NCBI RefSeq assembly: GCF_006345805.1
Contig: NC_043011.1
Location: 35,228,464 to 35,292,463, forward strand
Direction of reading: 5' to 3'
DNA: 64,000 nucleotides
DNA from: Octopus sinensis
Lineage: Eukaryota
A program made the position numbers and the translations under genes. Of this stretch, positions 52,075-64,000 are shown piece by piece. Under the pieces are notes generated by a model that was given only the letters and a program-made list of their open reading frames with translations, did no database searches and was not told the origin of the DNA. Each line of letters opens with the position of its first letter. Within the stretch, counting starts at the first letter, position 1.

Positions 52075-52910
52075 CAAGCGGAGGTATTTCGATTACATTG
52101 ACCCCAGTGTGTAACTGGTATTTATTTCATCGAACCCGAAAGAATGCAAGGCAAAGTCGACCTCGGCGGAATTTCGAACTCAGAGCGTAAAGACGGACAA
52201 CATGCCGCAAAGCATTTTGTCCGGCGTGCTAACGATTCCACCAGCTCACCGCCATTTTGTTGGGTTAACCCGCATACTTTTCTGCTCTAGGAACAAGGCC
52301 CGAAATTTTCGGGGCGGAGGCCAATCGATTAGATCGACACCAGTACGCAACTGGTACTTAATTTATCGACCTTATGGGTGGAACTCCTTTCAACATGTGC
52401 TACATTAATTTTGCAGACTGATGTGTGTGTATGTGTTTACACGCATCCTGATATAAGCTAGCTAACTAAACAACCTTGCGCCCCCTAGATATTACACATT
52501 TTTTTACTACCCACAAAGGGCTAAACATAGAGGGAGCAAACAAAGACAGACAAATAGATTAAGTCGATTACATAGACCCCAGTGCGAAACTGGTACTTTA
52601 TTTATCGACCCAGAAAGGTTGAAAGGCAAAGTCGACCTCGGCGGAATTTGAACTCAGAACGTAAAGACATACGAAATACCTATTTCTTTATTACCCACAA
52701 GGGGCTAAACATAGAGGGAGCAAACAAAGACAGACAAAGGGATTAAGTCGATTACATAGACCCCAGTACGAAACTGGTACTTTATTTATCGACCCAGAAA
52801 GGATGAAAGGCAAAGTCGACCTCGGCGGAATTTGAACTCAGAACGTAACGACAGACGTAATATGGCTACGCATTTCGCCCGGCGTGCTAACGTTTCTGCC
52901 AGCTCGCTCC
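52075..52910 (-). mobile_element. Cluster of SINE E copies including a dimer (52500-52910)
   Basis: Repeated E modules. Confidence 0.88.
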
Positions 52911-53119
52911 CTAGATATTACAGCCTGCATATATATCTCTCCTTATACACACACACACACATATATATATATATATGTATGTATGTATGTAATGTATGTA
53001 TGTATGTATGTATGTATGATAGATAGATAGATAGATTGATAAGAGAGAGAAGAGAGAGAGAGAGAGAGAGGTAGAGATAGGTAGATAGATAAAAAAGAAG
53101 TTATATACAAGTGTGCGTT

Positions 53120-53330
53120 TGTCTTTGTGTTTGTCCCACGGCTTGAAAACCAGTGTTCGTTTGTTTACGTCCCTGTAACTTAGCGGTATGGCTAAAGGTA
53201 CCGATAGAATAAGTACCAGGGTTTATAAAAATACGTTCGGGTATCGATTCTTTCGTCTAAAAACCCTTCAAGACTGTGCCCCAGCATGGCTGCAGTGAAG
53301 TCCTTTGACTGAAGCAAATAAAAGATTAAA
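53120..53330 (+). mobile_element. SINE A 3' half
   Basis: TAACTTAGCGG...CGATAGAATAAGTAC...CCCAGCATGGCTGCAG. Confidence 0.75.
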
Positions 53331-53506
53331 AGATACTTCAACTTTCTGCGAGATACTGTTGAAGAAGACATCTCGAATGTTCCTTCACACAGGATTTCAA
53401 AAACAGTGCAGAAAATAGAAAGCACAAAATTAAAAGCCATCTGAAGCAGTTGACAAATTCTTTTCAATATTGAAAATATTTTTTCTATACCACAATCATC
53501 ACCACC

Positions 53507-53546
<40 letters not shown>

Positions 53547-53805
53547 ACTACTACTACTAACTACTACTGCGGCTACTGCTACTGCTGCTGCTTCGCAGTA
53601 GTGGTAGTAGTACTAGTAGTAGTAGTAGTAGTGTAGTTCTCATTTTTCCAACCGATTTTTTCCTACCATCCCCAACTCTGACACCGGCACCACGTCCACC
53701 ACCATCACCACATTTCCCCCAAACCACCACGCCATTTTCAAGAAAATACCACCATCTCCACCACCATCTCCACTACCACCACAGCCACCGCCGCCGCTGC
53801 TGCTG

Positions 53806-53844
<39 letters not shown>

Positions 53845-54518
53845 GCAGCTCTCGATTTTTTCTTTTTCATTTTTTTTCTTATGCACTTTTTTTTTTGTTC
53901 CTATAGATTTTAAGTTGCGGTGACATATGAAATTCACATCTTTGAAATATTTCTATGAAAGAAGCAATTTTTATAAGGAAATATCTTTGAGAAAATCAAT
54001 GAAAATATTGTGGAATTTGATTAGCAAAACCTGAAACGAATTTGGTCTCTCTCTTGATTACCTGTGGTGTACTGACGATGTACTTAGAATGCCAAAACAA
54101 GATGTGCCGAACATTATAATAAAGTAAATTTCAATTTATAAAATATTTTTTCTTTAATCTTTTCCATTTATTTGCCTTTCATTTCTACAGACTTTGTATG
54201 TGTATGTGTGTGTGTGTGTGTGTGCGTGTTTATGTATGTATGTATGCATCTCTCTCTCTAAATATATATATATATAGAGAGAGAGAGTTAAACACAGGTA
54301 TTATTCAAATTCTTTTACTTCCGACACATGTTTCGAAGATATCACTGGTATTATTCAATTGCGTTTATTCATATATATTATACAAAATGTTTCACGTAAA
54401 CCCGAAGTTTCTACCTTTAAAAGCAAGGAGTTGCAACCTTTTACTTGTGTGATTTTTTGCTACCCCGGTAACTATCTATATATTTTTCCGTGTTGTTAAC
54501 AAGGGAAAAATACACGCA

Positions 54519-54551
<33 letters not shown>

Positions 54552-54580
54552 TTTATTTAAAAGCAGCAGAAATTAAAAAA

Positions 54581-54626
54581 AAACCTGTTACCCGGAGTTT
54601 CACGTTCCCGTTCGTCGGACAGGTTT
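54581..54626 (-). ncRNA. Type I hammerhead with CCGACGA core
   Basis: AAACCTGT-CCGACGA-ACG ggaa CGT-GAAA-CTCCGGG-TA-ACAGGTTT; perfect 8-bp stem I. Confidence 0.68.
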
Positions 54627-55088
54627 GTTAAAATATTTGAGTACTCTTTTTTTCCACCTTGTTTCACATTTATATGTTTACTCCGGTATACACAATAATC
54701 CCTCGCCGTATCACGGTTCACCTATCACGCACTCAGTACATCGTGGATGGATTTTTGTGGCTATTATATGTAAATTTATATTGTGGATTCCTGCTGCCGA
54801 AAGATATTTATATTTTTTTAGATTTGATTATTTTGTGAGGTGTTTTGGAATGTAACACCCGTAATAATCGAGGGATTAATACCTCTCTCTCCCCTCCCCC
54901 CTCTCTCTCTCTATATATATATATAGGCACAGGAGAGTGTCTGTGTGTGGTAAGAAGCTTGCTTCCCAACCACATGGTTCTGGGTTAGTCCCATTGCGTG
55001 ACACCTTAGGCAAGTGCCTCATATATATATATTAGGCATATATATATATATTATATCTGTGTGCGTGCGTGCGTGTGTGTGTGTATTC

Positions 55089-55194
<106 letters not shown>

Positions 55195-55685
55195 GTAGAT
55201 AGACAGATAGATAGATAGACAGACAGACGTATGCACAACAGTGTAAATGAGGAGAACTTGTTTATATATAAACACTATAAAAGCCATCCCTGTAGGTGAA
55301 ATAAGAATGTAAACATACACAGCACGAACACAGAAATAGATATTTTTCTCCTTACAACTGCGTGTGTGCATGTGAGCATGTGTGTATGTGAGCATTTGAG
55401 TGTGTGAACATGTGTGTGGACATATGCTGCTATGCGTATGTTCTTCTTTGGGTTTTTTCTCTAACTATTAATGCTGTTATTGGTAAACAAGATAAAGCAG
55501 ATTAATGGCGATGACTCAAATTTGAAGTGTAAACTGTTCTCCTACCTTGGTTTCATTCAATAATCGAACTGGGTCTCTTTCCGCAACAACTTGGACCTGT
55601 TTGGTGAAACAACAGAGAAAAATATACTTGCAATGATCTTAATCATGATAATGATTAACATATATGATATGTGTGTGTGGGGGGG

Positions 55686-56058
55686 GGCGCAATGGCCCAG
55701 TGGTTAGGACAGCGGACTCGCGGTCATAGGATCGTGGTTTCGATTCCCAGACCGGGCATTGTGAATGTTTATTGAGCGAAAACACCTAAGCTCCACGAGG
55801 CTCCGGCAGGGATGGTGGTGATCCCTGCTGTACTCTTTCACCACAACTTTCTCTCACTCTTACTTCCTGTTTCTGTCGTACCTGTATTTCAAAGAACCGG
55901 CCTTGTCACTCTCTGTGTCACGCTGAATATCCCCGAGAACTACGTTAAGGGTACACGTGTCTGTGGAGTGCTCAGCCACTTACACGTTAATTTCACGAGC
56001 AGGCTGTTCCGTTGATTCGGATCAACCGGAAGCCTCGTCGTCGTAACTGACGGAGTGC
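55686..56058 (+). mobile_element. SINE C, full length
   Basis: A and B boxes and body as at 4995. Confidence 0.9.
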
Positions 56059-56105
56059 TTCCAAAAGCGTGTGTTTGTGTGCGTGTGTGTTCGCACATGT
56101 ATGTA

Positions 56106-56330
56106 TGCAGGGGTTTCATAGCCCGATTCCTGACCAAAGCTTTCAGCAGTTTGGGCATCGAGGGAGTGAGAAGGAGGAAGGCCATCCGTGGTAGCACTGA
56201 TGCGGCAGAGAGGGCCTCAAGGTGGCTGTGGATCAGAAGAGGAGAGCCATGGGGTAGCTAGCTGGCCATCTGATTACAAGCTGGGGGTCTGATCAGCCCC
56301 AGCTGGGTCACCTGGAGGAGGGTGCATGAT
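56106..56330 (+). pseudogene. 3' end of a HERO-like REL-endonuclease non-LTR retrotransposon
   Basis: CRGFIARFLTKAFSSLGIEGVRRRKAIRGSTDAAERASRWLWIRRGEPWGS*, then a GC-rich 3' UTR hairpin AGCTGGGG...CCCCAGCT. Confidence 0.7.
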
Positions 56331-56359
56331 ATATATATATATATATTTATGTATGTGCG

Positions 56360-56945
56360 TATGTACGTAAGTATATATGTATGTCAATCTCAGTGCTACT
56401 GACAAAATGCAACCCAATGCAACTTATTGCATTGACTGACCGCCGACGACTAAAGCAGCAATTCTACCAAGCCTGTTTGATAAGGAAAATGACTTTCGTT
56501 GGACACTCTGCAGGATGGATGGACTCAGTAGAATCGACGGCCATCCAACAACTGTGAGTGAAAGTCCAATAGTCTTTGTTTAAATATTTCTTCTGGAGAA
56601 GGAAGTTCGGCAATAATACTCGAATATCTTACTCTTGCTTATTTCTAGACTACTTGACTTCGCAGTATGATACTTAACAGTGTTGTTTCCCCTGTTATGC
56701 ACTTTAAATTTCAACTTGGCGTTGCTGACGGCCATTGTCTTTAAAATCCAAGATAAGAAGTTTGTCAGCAGTGACCAAACTCGTCTACGAGTATAAATAT
56801 TCTGTGTTTCTTTCTGTCGAAGAGCGTAGGCTCGAAACATAAAACACTTTCTCACATCCCGAGCGTTAAACTAATAAATCTGTTCCTTGTTTACACACCC
56901 GTCTTCGTTTTTTTTTATTATAATATTTTGTAAATTCCAACTATA
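56360..56945 (+). pseudogene. Degenerate Penelope-like GIY-YIG region plus tail
   Basis: NATYCID (NxIYCI-like) and frameshifted F.GH (RFxEH-like), followed by the same tail as 40600-40800. Confidence 0.4.
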
Positions 56946-57196
56946 TATATATACGCGGAATAGACGAAACAGGGACAACTGAAAAAGGGGAAATTCCTTG
57001 AGTTGTATGTCTTGTACTCTGCTTTTTTCGTTGTTTGAAAAAAAAGTTCGTTTCAATGTTTTTGTTTTTATGTTTTCGTTTCTCATTCTGTTCAACGTTT
57101 TTTTTTATGTCCTGTAACCATATATGCATGTATATATACATATAGATGTAGGTATGTACATATATGTATGTATATATGCATATATTCTATATTATT

Positions 57197-57248
<52 letters not shown>

Positions 57249-58121
57249 TCATCATCATCATCCTTTAACATCCGCCTTCCAACAGGCATGGTTTGGACAG
57301 CCGGGTAGAAGACTACCCCGAGTTATTGTGTTTGCTTGACAAGATTTTTACGGTTGGATGCCCTTCATAACACCAACCACTCCACATGTATGTATGTATG
57401 TATGTATGTATGTATGTATGTATGTATGTATGTATGTATGTATGTATGTTTGTATCTCATTTGTATTTATATTAATAACGGTCTCTTGATTACCATTTTT
57501 AACAACGCTTTTAAATTAATTATAGCCATAATTACGTAATTATACAAATAATCATGTCTACTGAGAGTGAAACATCTGGTGAGTAAAATTTAATTATGAA
57601 CTATGTGTGCAATTTGTGTTTTTCTGCTTTGTTATATATATATTTTTTTTTTATTGAAGACGAAACAGAGTTTGTTCTCGTGACTAGAAATTTTCGTCAC
57701 TCGTATCTTTGGGTGAAAACAGACTGCAATGGCGTGAAACTTAAGTCGCGAGAGAAACTCCTAGTTTTAGTTTCAATAAAAAAATAAAAACTATATCTTG
57801 AACACGTATTATTTTCTCTCCTTCGTCCGACATAAACCGACGTGCGTGTATGTGTGTGTGCGTGTGTATGTGTATGTCTCTATATATGTGTATGTGTGTG
57901 TATGTCAATATATGAGTATGTGTGTGTGTGTATGTGTATGTGTATATATATATATATATAATATTCATATATATACATAAAACATATATGTATATAAACA
58001 CATACAAACATATATATATGTACATATATATATACATATATATGCGTATATATATACAAACATATATGTATGTACATACATACAAACATACATGTGTGTG
58101 TGTGTGCATGTGTGTGTGTTC

Positions 58122-58184
<63 letters not shown>

Positions 58185-58280
58185 GCAACTTCTTTATGTC
58201 AAATCCTATGCTGAAACAGATTATATTTGGGGATGGTCATTTTCATTTCTTTTTCGGCCAATAAACACTCACATACGCAC

Positions 58281-58348
<68 letters not shown>

Positions 58349-58388
58349 ACACACACACTATTTATATGATCATCACTTTAGCTTTATC

Positions 58389-58431
58389 ATCAGAGTTCTT
58401 TCGTCGCACATTCTGTGACCTATTCAGTGAT
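58389..58431 (-). ncRNA. Degenerate type I hammerhead downstream of a GIY-YIG remnant
   Basis: ATCA-CTGAATA-G-GTCACA gaa TGT gc GAC-GAAA-GAAC-TC-TGAT; G8 changed. Confidence 0.45.
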
Positions 58432-58559
58432 TTCCTGTTCCTCGTGTCTCTACTCTTTTCTAGTCTTGTCCTGTGTATTCCAGTTTTTCTTTGTGTAGTA
58501 GTATGTAACCTGATTAGCGCATACTTTTACATATGTTCTTGTGTATGTCTATATGTTAG

Positions 58560-58613
<54 letters not shown>

Positions 58614-58739
58614 TGAGAATGTATATGGCTTTGTTTATTACATAGTTTGCATCAGTTTCATTATTCATTTATTTATTTATCTATTTATTATTCTGTCCTT
58701 AATCGTCAGGTTTCCTAGTGCACTTTAGTGAAGTGCTGT

Positions 58740-59240
58740 TATTATTCCATTCACGTTTTCTTTTGAAGAGCTGTTTATTATTTTCTATTGTGTGTGGCTT
58801 CCGTAATCTGTCTGAGCGGTCGTATTTGTTCTATGTTTCGATAAGATCGTAACCTTTGTGTTATCTGCCGAACTTTCATGCTCTAATTTAGTATGTTGCT
58901 ACAGCATTGACGAGCTTTCTCCTGTTTGAAATCCTGCCAGTAGCCACTTATCTTCTCACCCATGCTACGGGTTGTCTCTTCAATATATATCGTTATCCTG
59001 TTTCTACACAGTCCCTCTGTACACCTTATACTATAGATTGCATTCCCGGTTTTGAAGTGTGTCTGTGCGCTTACTTTGTACGCTATACAGTTCCTATCCG
59101 TACATGGGATTCATTTCAAACGGGTATGTTCTACAGATCAGAGGGATTTTATAGGGGTAGTTAGCTTTTCCCCTATTTTAATCCGTAGATTCATTTTACC
59201 TACGCCTTTTCTAAAATGATACGCTAGTTCATTTCCAAGG
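58740..59240 (-). pseudogene. Penelope-like GIY-YIG endonuclease remnant
   Basis: NAIYSIRC...C...IYIEETTRSMGEK, then frameshifted VTILSKH...RQITEA. Confidence 0.68.
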
Positions 59241-59389
59241 GTAGCATCAACGAACGTGATACTATGGTATTTTGGGGTGTATAAAATAAATGCCAGTCAG
59301 GCACTGGGGTCGTTGCAATCGAGTTATCCCTTCCCACAAAATTACCACGAAATTGCGTCAAAATTTGGAGCCAATATTTAAATACTTTT

Positions 59390-59600
59390 TAAGGCAGCGA
59401 GCTGGCAGAATCGTTACCACGCCGGCCAAAATGCTTAGCGCTGAGTCTTCCGATTTTATCTTCTGAGTTCAAATGCCGCTGGGGTCAACTTTGCCTTTCA
59501 TTCTTTCGGGGTCGATAGAATAAGTAGCTGTTGAGCACTAATGGCGATGTGTTCGAGCATCCCCTTCCACGAAACTTCTGCTAAAATTTGAAACCAATAT
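59390..59600 (+). mobile_element. SINE E, degenerate, sense orientation
   Basis: GGCAGCGAGCTGGCAGAATCGTT...GAGTTCAAATGCC...GCCTTTCATTCTTTCGGGGTCGATA. Confidence 0.8.
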
Positions 59601-60714
59601 TTGAGTCCTTTTAAGTTCTACGTTCAAATCACACTCAGATCAAATGTACCTTTCATTCTTGTGTGTGCAATAAAGTAAGTACCAATCTACAAATTTTGCA
59701 GCTGATATATCGACTAAACCTTTAAAACGAATGCCTCAGCATGGTAATAAATTCCAATAAGTGAAAGTAGGAAAAGAATATCAGCGTTTTAATAGGAGTA
59801 GAACAAAGTCTTCGATGGAAGATGAAGCACTGAAAAAGAGATAGAGAACCACACACCCCGCTGGTTACTAAACGAAAACCAATGGTTAGAATAAACTTTA
59901 AGAAATAAATGGAGACAGAAACCAGCAAGGCGCCCAGCGAGACACTGAGTTTTTATTATGTGTCAAAGCATAAAGCTGTTAATCTTATCAATGAATTGGT
60001 CTGCGAATGTTGCAAGATGGCACGAAAAGAAGAGAATAAAAAGAAGACACGGCAGTACGTAGGGAAAATAAAAACTGTGAAGTTAGTGGAAAGTTTGGAT
60101 TCAAAGCAGATGAAAGGTGAGAGCAGCACTTGCTGAAATCTGTCACTGTAAAACTACAACCATAAAAATGTGTGATTTCTCTTGTAAACACTGGCTATAT
60201 AACAACGGAAACTTGGAGAATGTATATGACAGCAATGAAGAAAAAGAGCGAGTGAGCGTGAGAGAGAAAGAAGGAGAGTGAGAGTGAGAGTGAGAGAGAG
60301 AGAGAGAGAGGGAGAGAGAGAGAGAAAATAGAAGCATAGTATAAAACAGCGAAAACTTTTACTACACTAACAGAAAAAAATATTGGAAATTATTTAGATT
60401 TGGCAAAAGAACTGAGAAATCTTTGAAACATGACAATAAAGAAAAATCATTTTTTTCCTGCCTGTTGTCATAGGGACACTGGCACGGGAAAACACAAATA
60501 ATTTGTTTGTTTGTGGGGGTGGGTGGGGGTGGAGGGGAGTGTGTTGAGACTAAGTAACGTTGGAATTGAAACACGAAACTTGTAACCTTTTTCCTTTTTT
60601 TTTTTTAATAAGAATTATGCAGAACAGGTTTTGAAAGGAAAGTTGACGAGGTTTATTGTTATTCAATTTCAAAAACATAAATTTGTTGTGTACAAGGTGA
60701 AAGATTGACGATGA

Positions 60715-60777
<63 letters not shown>

Positions 60778-60972
60778 GATGATGATTGATGATAGCTTCA
60801 AATTTGTGGTACTTTTGGCAGGTTAAACGTTTACATTGAAGCCAGCACTTGACTGGCATTTAATCTTATTGTCCCCGAAAGGAGAAAAAAAGCAAAAGTG
60901 ACCATGTCAAGATATGAACTCAGAACGTGAAGTGCAGTCCAACGCGCTAACGACTCAATCAGCTCGGTCACC

Positions 60973-60974
<2 letters not shown>

Positions 60975-61051
<77 letters not shown>

Positions 61052-61263
61052 AAGAAGAAGAATGATAATAATAATAATAATAATAACCATAACAACCACA
61101 ACAACAATAATAATGATGATGATAATAATAATGATAACAATAACAACAAAAATAATGATAATAATAGCAACAACGACGATGACGATAACGATGATGATGA
61201 TAACATCAACGACGACAACGACGAAGACGATGACGATGATGATGGTGATGATGACGATGACGC

Positions 61264-61301
<38 letters not shown>

Positions 61302-61330
61302 TTGATGATGATGATGACGACGATGATCCT
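60975..61330. repeat. Compound trinucleotide array (AAT/AAG/AAC/GAT/GAC)
   Basis: Direct reading. Confidence 0.95.
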
Positions 61331-61530
61331 TTCTACTAAAGGCACAAGGTCTGAAATTTTACTGGTACTTAACGATTCTGCTAGCTCGCCGCTCTTGTTT
61401 CTGATTTAGGCACAAGGCCGGCAGTTTTAACGGGAGATGGTAAGTAGATACCATCAACCTCGGTACTTTATTTTAACGACCACGAAACGAGGAAAGGCAA
61501 AGAGTGACGTTGGTAGAATCTGAACTTAGA
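61330..61530 (-). mobile_element. Degenerate SINE E fragments
   Basis: AGGCACAAGG tails, GCTAGCTCGCCGC head, AGGCAAAG...GAACTTAGA. Confidence 0.65.
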
Positions 61531-61648
61531 GCGTTGGGAATTGGAGCAAATATTCCGAGGCATTACAGCCAACGCTACATGCATATACATACATACATAC
61601 ATACATACATACATACATACATGCATACACACACACACGCGCGCGCGC

Positions 61649-61699
<51 letters not shown>

Positions 61700-62879
61700 C
61701 GAAAAATATAGGGTAGTGAGCTTTAGAAATGTCACTACCAGTGGCCTAGCATGTATAAAAAGTCAATAGACAACATGTTCTCAATATAAAATAGTGTACA
61801 TTTAAACACAAGAGAAAACTGCTTTCAACAGACAGTTTTTACACGCTAGAAGAAGTAGTCAAAACAACCAAAACCACATTTAAAAGCAATCTTCAAAAGG
61901 AATGAAAAATAAATAATTTTACTTGTTATTTTAAACAAGTTAGACGTATGTTTCAAATTTTTTTTAGCAAATAAAATAATTTGCTTGGCGAATTTCTCAT
62001 CAGTGACTGCGCCAAAACACTAACATATAATTAAGGGACGCTTAACACGTATCTCTTCGTTATACATTATAATTTTTCAGTCTGAAACTGCGCTTGCGTG
62101 GTGAATTTGAAGAATTATAATGTATAACGAGGAGACATTATAATGTCAGTTCTTTCATTCATGCCTTCAGGATCAGTAAGAATCGATGCTATCGACTAAG
62201 TTACTCTCTGCACAACCGCTCGCTTTGTGTCTAAATTATTAATGTACTTCAATATGCTCGAGAGCATTTCTGCGTTGGACTATCACCATCTCAAAGTCCT
62301 CAATCAAGAAGATAACTACTCCTAATCAGCGGCCTTTTCGGTTATGATAAGTTAGTAGAGGAGTGATCAATTTTACTCCATCATCCAAATGTATTTTTAT
62401 AATCATATGGTTGGTCCAGTTAGCGTCGACATCTCTTAATTAGCAATTCCACTTTGTCTTCATAGAATTCCATTAGAAAAGCATCTACGTTTCACGCAAC
62501 CATTAAATCCAAGTATCGCGGTATTTGTGTATGGACGATTGTATGACGCACCAACTTGGCCTACCTCTTTAACCAATACTCAGTTTTGAAAACAAAGCGC
62601 GCGTGGTTCTGTAACTCTGACATTGACAGATAGTAGAGACACAGTCTCACAAATTGGCCCTTTGCGGGCACACTTAAAACCTCTCCGCTTTTCGAGAGGC
62701 AGAGCTATATACTTTTTCTTTTTGCCTTTTGTTCGATAAAATCGTCAAGCAAGAAAACTCATTTATTGTGGTTTACATCTACTATTTCCTGTATGTTTTC
62801 AGAGAGCTAAACCATGTGTAATGCCGCTTTTTGGCTCCAAACATTAGAAAAGATATTTATGACACTTTGTAAAATTTAC

Positions 62880-63305
62880 GAAGCAGGAGTGGCTGTATGG
62901 TAAGTAGCTTGCTTACCAACCACATTGATCCGGGTTCATTCCCCCTGCGTGACACCTTGGGCAAGTGTCTTCTACTATAGCCTCGAGCCGACCAAAGCCT
63001 TGTGAATGGATTTGGTAGACGGAAACTGAAAGAAGCCCGTCGTATATATGTATATATAAATATATATATATGTATGTACATGTGTGTATATGTTTGTATG
63101 TCTGTGCTTGTCCCCACAACATCGCTTGACAACCGATGGTGGTGTGCTTACGTTCCCGTAACTTAGTGGTTCGGCAAAATAGACCGATAGAATAAGTACT
63201 AGGCTTCCAAGAATAAGTCCTGGGGTCGATTTGCTCGACTAAAAGGCGGTGCTCCAGCATGGCCGCAGTTCAAATGACTGAAACAAGTAAAAGAGAAAAA
63301 AAAAA
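62880..63305 (+). mobile_element. SINE A, full length
   Basis: As 47550-47996. Confidence 0.9.
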
Positions 63306-63879
63306 GAGATAGCACATTGTTGTGAAAATTATTTTGGTTATTACATTGCAGATTTCTACACTTATGTTTTTTTTTTCTGTAAATTTTACGAAGTGTCAAT
63401 GTGTATGCTTGTGTTTGTAAATCGCATCTGTTTGTTTAAATTGTTACCATTCTCTTTTTTATTTGTCTAGAATTTATTTTCATTCTGTATTTTTTCATTT
63501 TCACAATCTTTAACTATTTTCCCTCGTTTTCCCGATATTTCCTCTTGCCTCTACTCCAGACGAGGAAGAAGCCATCTTTAAAGATTTGGAAATGAACGAT
63601 TTTTCTTTTCCTTTTTTTTTTGTTTTTATTTTAAAAAGTTAAATAAATGCTTAAAAGACAAATATTTTGTCAAGATTTCCAGAAATCTCTTGTTTGCAAA
63701 TAGTCCAATTTTTTTTTTCTTTTTTCATTAAATGAAATATGGCAGAACCCAGTATTGCTGAAAGCGAAGCGAAGCACGACCGATGTCAACAAAAGCAAAA
63801 TTTAAAAAATAACAACTGTTATTAAGGAGAAAGATGGTCAGTTACATCGACCCCAGTGCGTGACTGGTATTTATCTCAT

Positions 63880-63989
63880 CTAGCTACGGCGGTACATATT
63901 CTAAAATTGGAACGATACGGAGAAGATTAGCATGGTCCCTGCGCAAGGATGACATGCAAATTCGTGAAGCGTTCCATAAAAAAAAAAAA
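63880..63989 (+). pseudogene. U6: U6 snRNA retrocopy with poly(A)
   Basis: 63880-63977 matches U6 from about nt 4 to the 3' TTCCAT with 8 differences from the vertebrate sequence as recalled. The ACAGAGA box reads ACGGAGA, and A12 replaces the terminal U tract. Confidence 0.93.
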
Positions 63990-64000
63990 TTATGGCGGCG

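Noticed and set aside
51900-52120. Junction of microsatellite and SINE E across the N run
   Set aside because: Scaffold gap of nominal size; adjacency across it is not evidence of structure.
60914-61409. Poly-N/K/D acidic ORF
   Set aside because: Compound trinucleotide microsatellite next to a SINE fragment.

Overview
AT-rich eukaryotic non-coding DNA. The SINE families and microsatellite load look like an octopod cephalopod genome; this is inferred from pattern recognition, not a database match. I found no confidently supported host protein-coding gene, and almost all ORF-track entries are microsatellite or SINE read-through. The window is a mosaic of the following. (i) Five modular tRNA-headed SINE families, labelled here A (CORE-like segment, central microsatellite, GGCGGTGCTCCAGCATGGCC tail), B, C, D and E (often multimeric). 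(ii) R4/Dong-type LINE fragments and a non-coding ~550-bp element strung along (TAA)n tracts at 11.9-15.3 kb. (iii) Mariner fragments and MITEs, non-autonomous Helitrons, a HERO-like LINE 3' end and a U6 retrocopy. (iv) Many Penelope-like (PLE) remnants. The most notable signal is a set of at least eight minimal type I hammerhead ribozyme (HHR) folds, each with different helices and most with palindromic stem III. One HHR is fully canonical and sits in a tRNA-headed SINE-like unit (32740-33050). Another sits in a 428-bp tandem unit preceded by a 92-bp inverted copy (23323-23916). Repeat boundaries were read by eye and are approximate unless stated otherwise.
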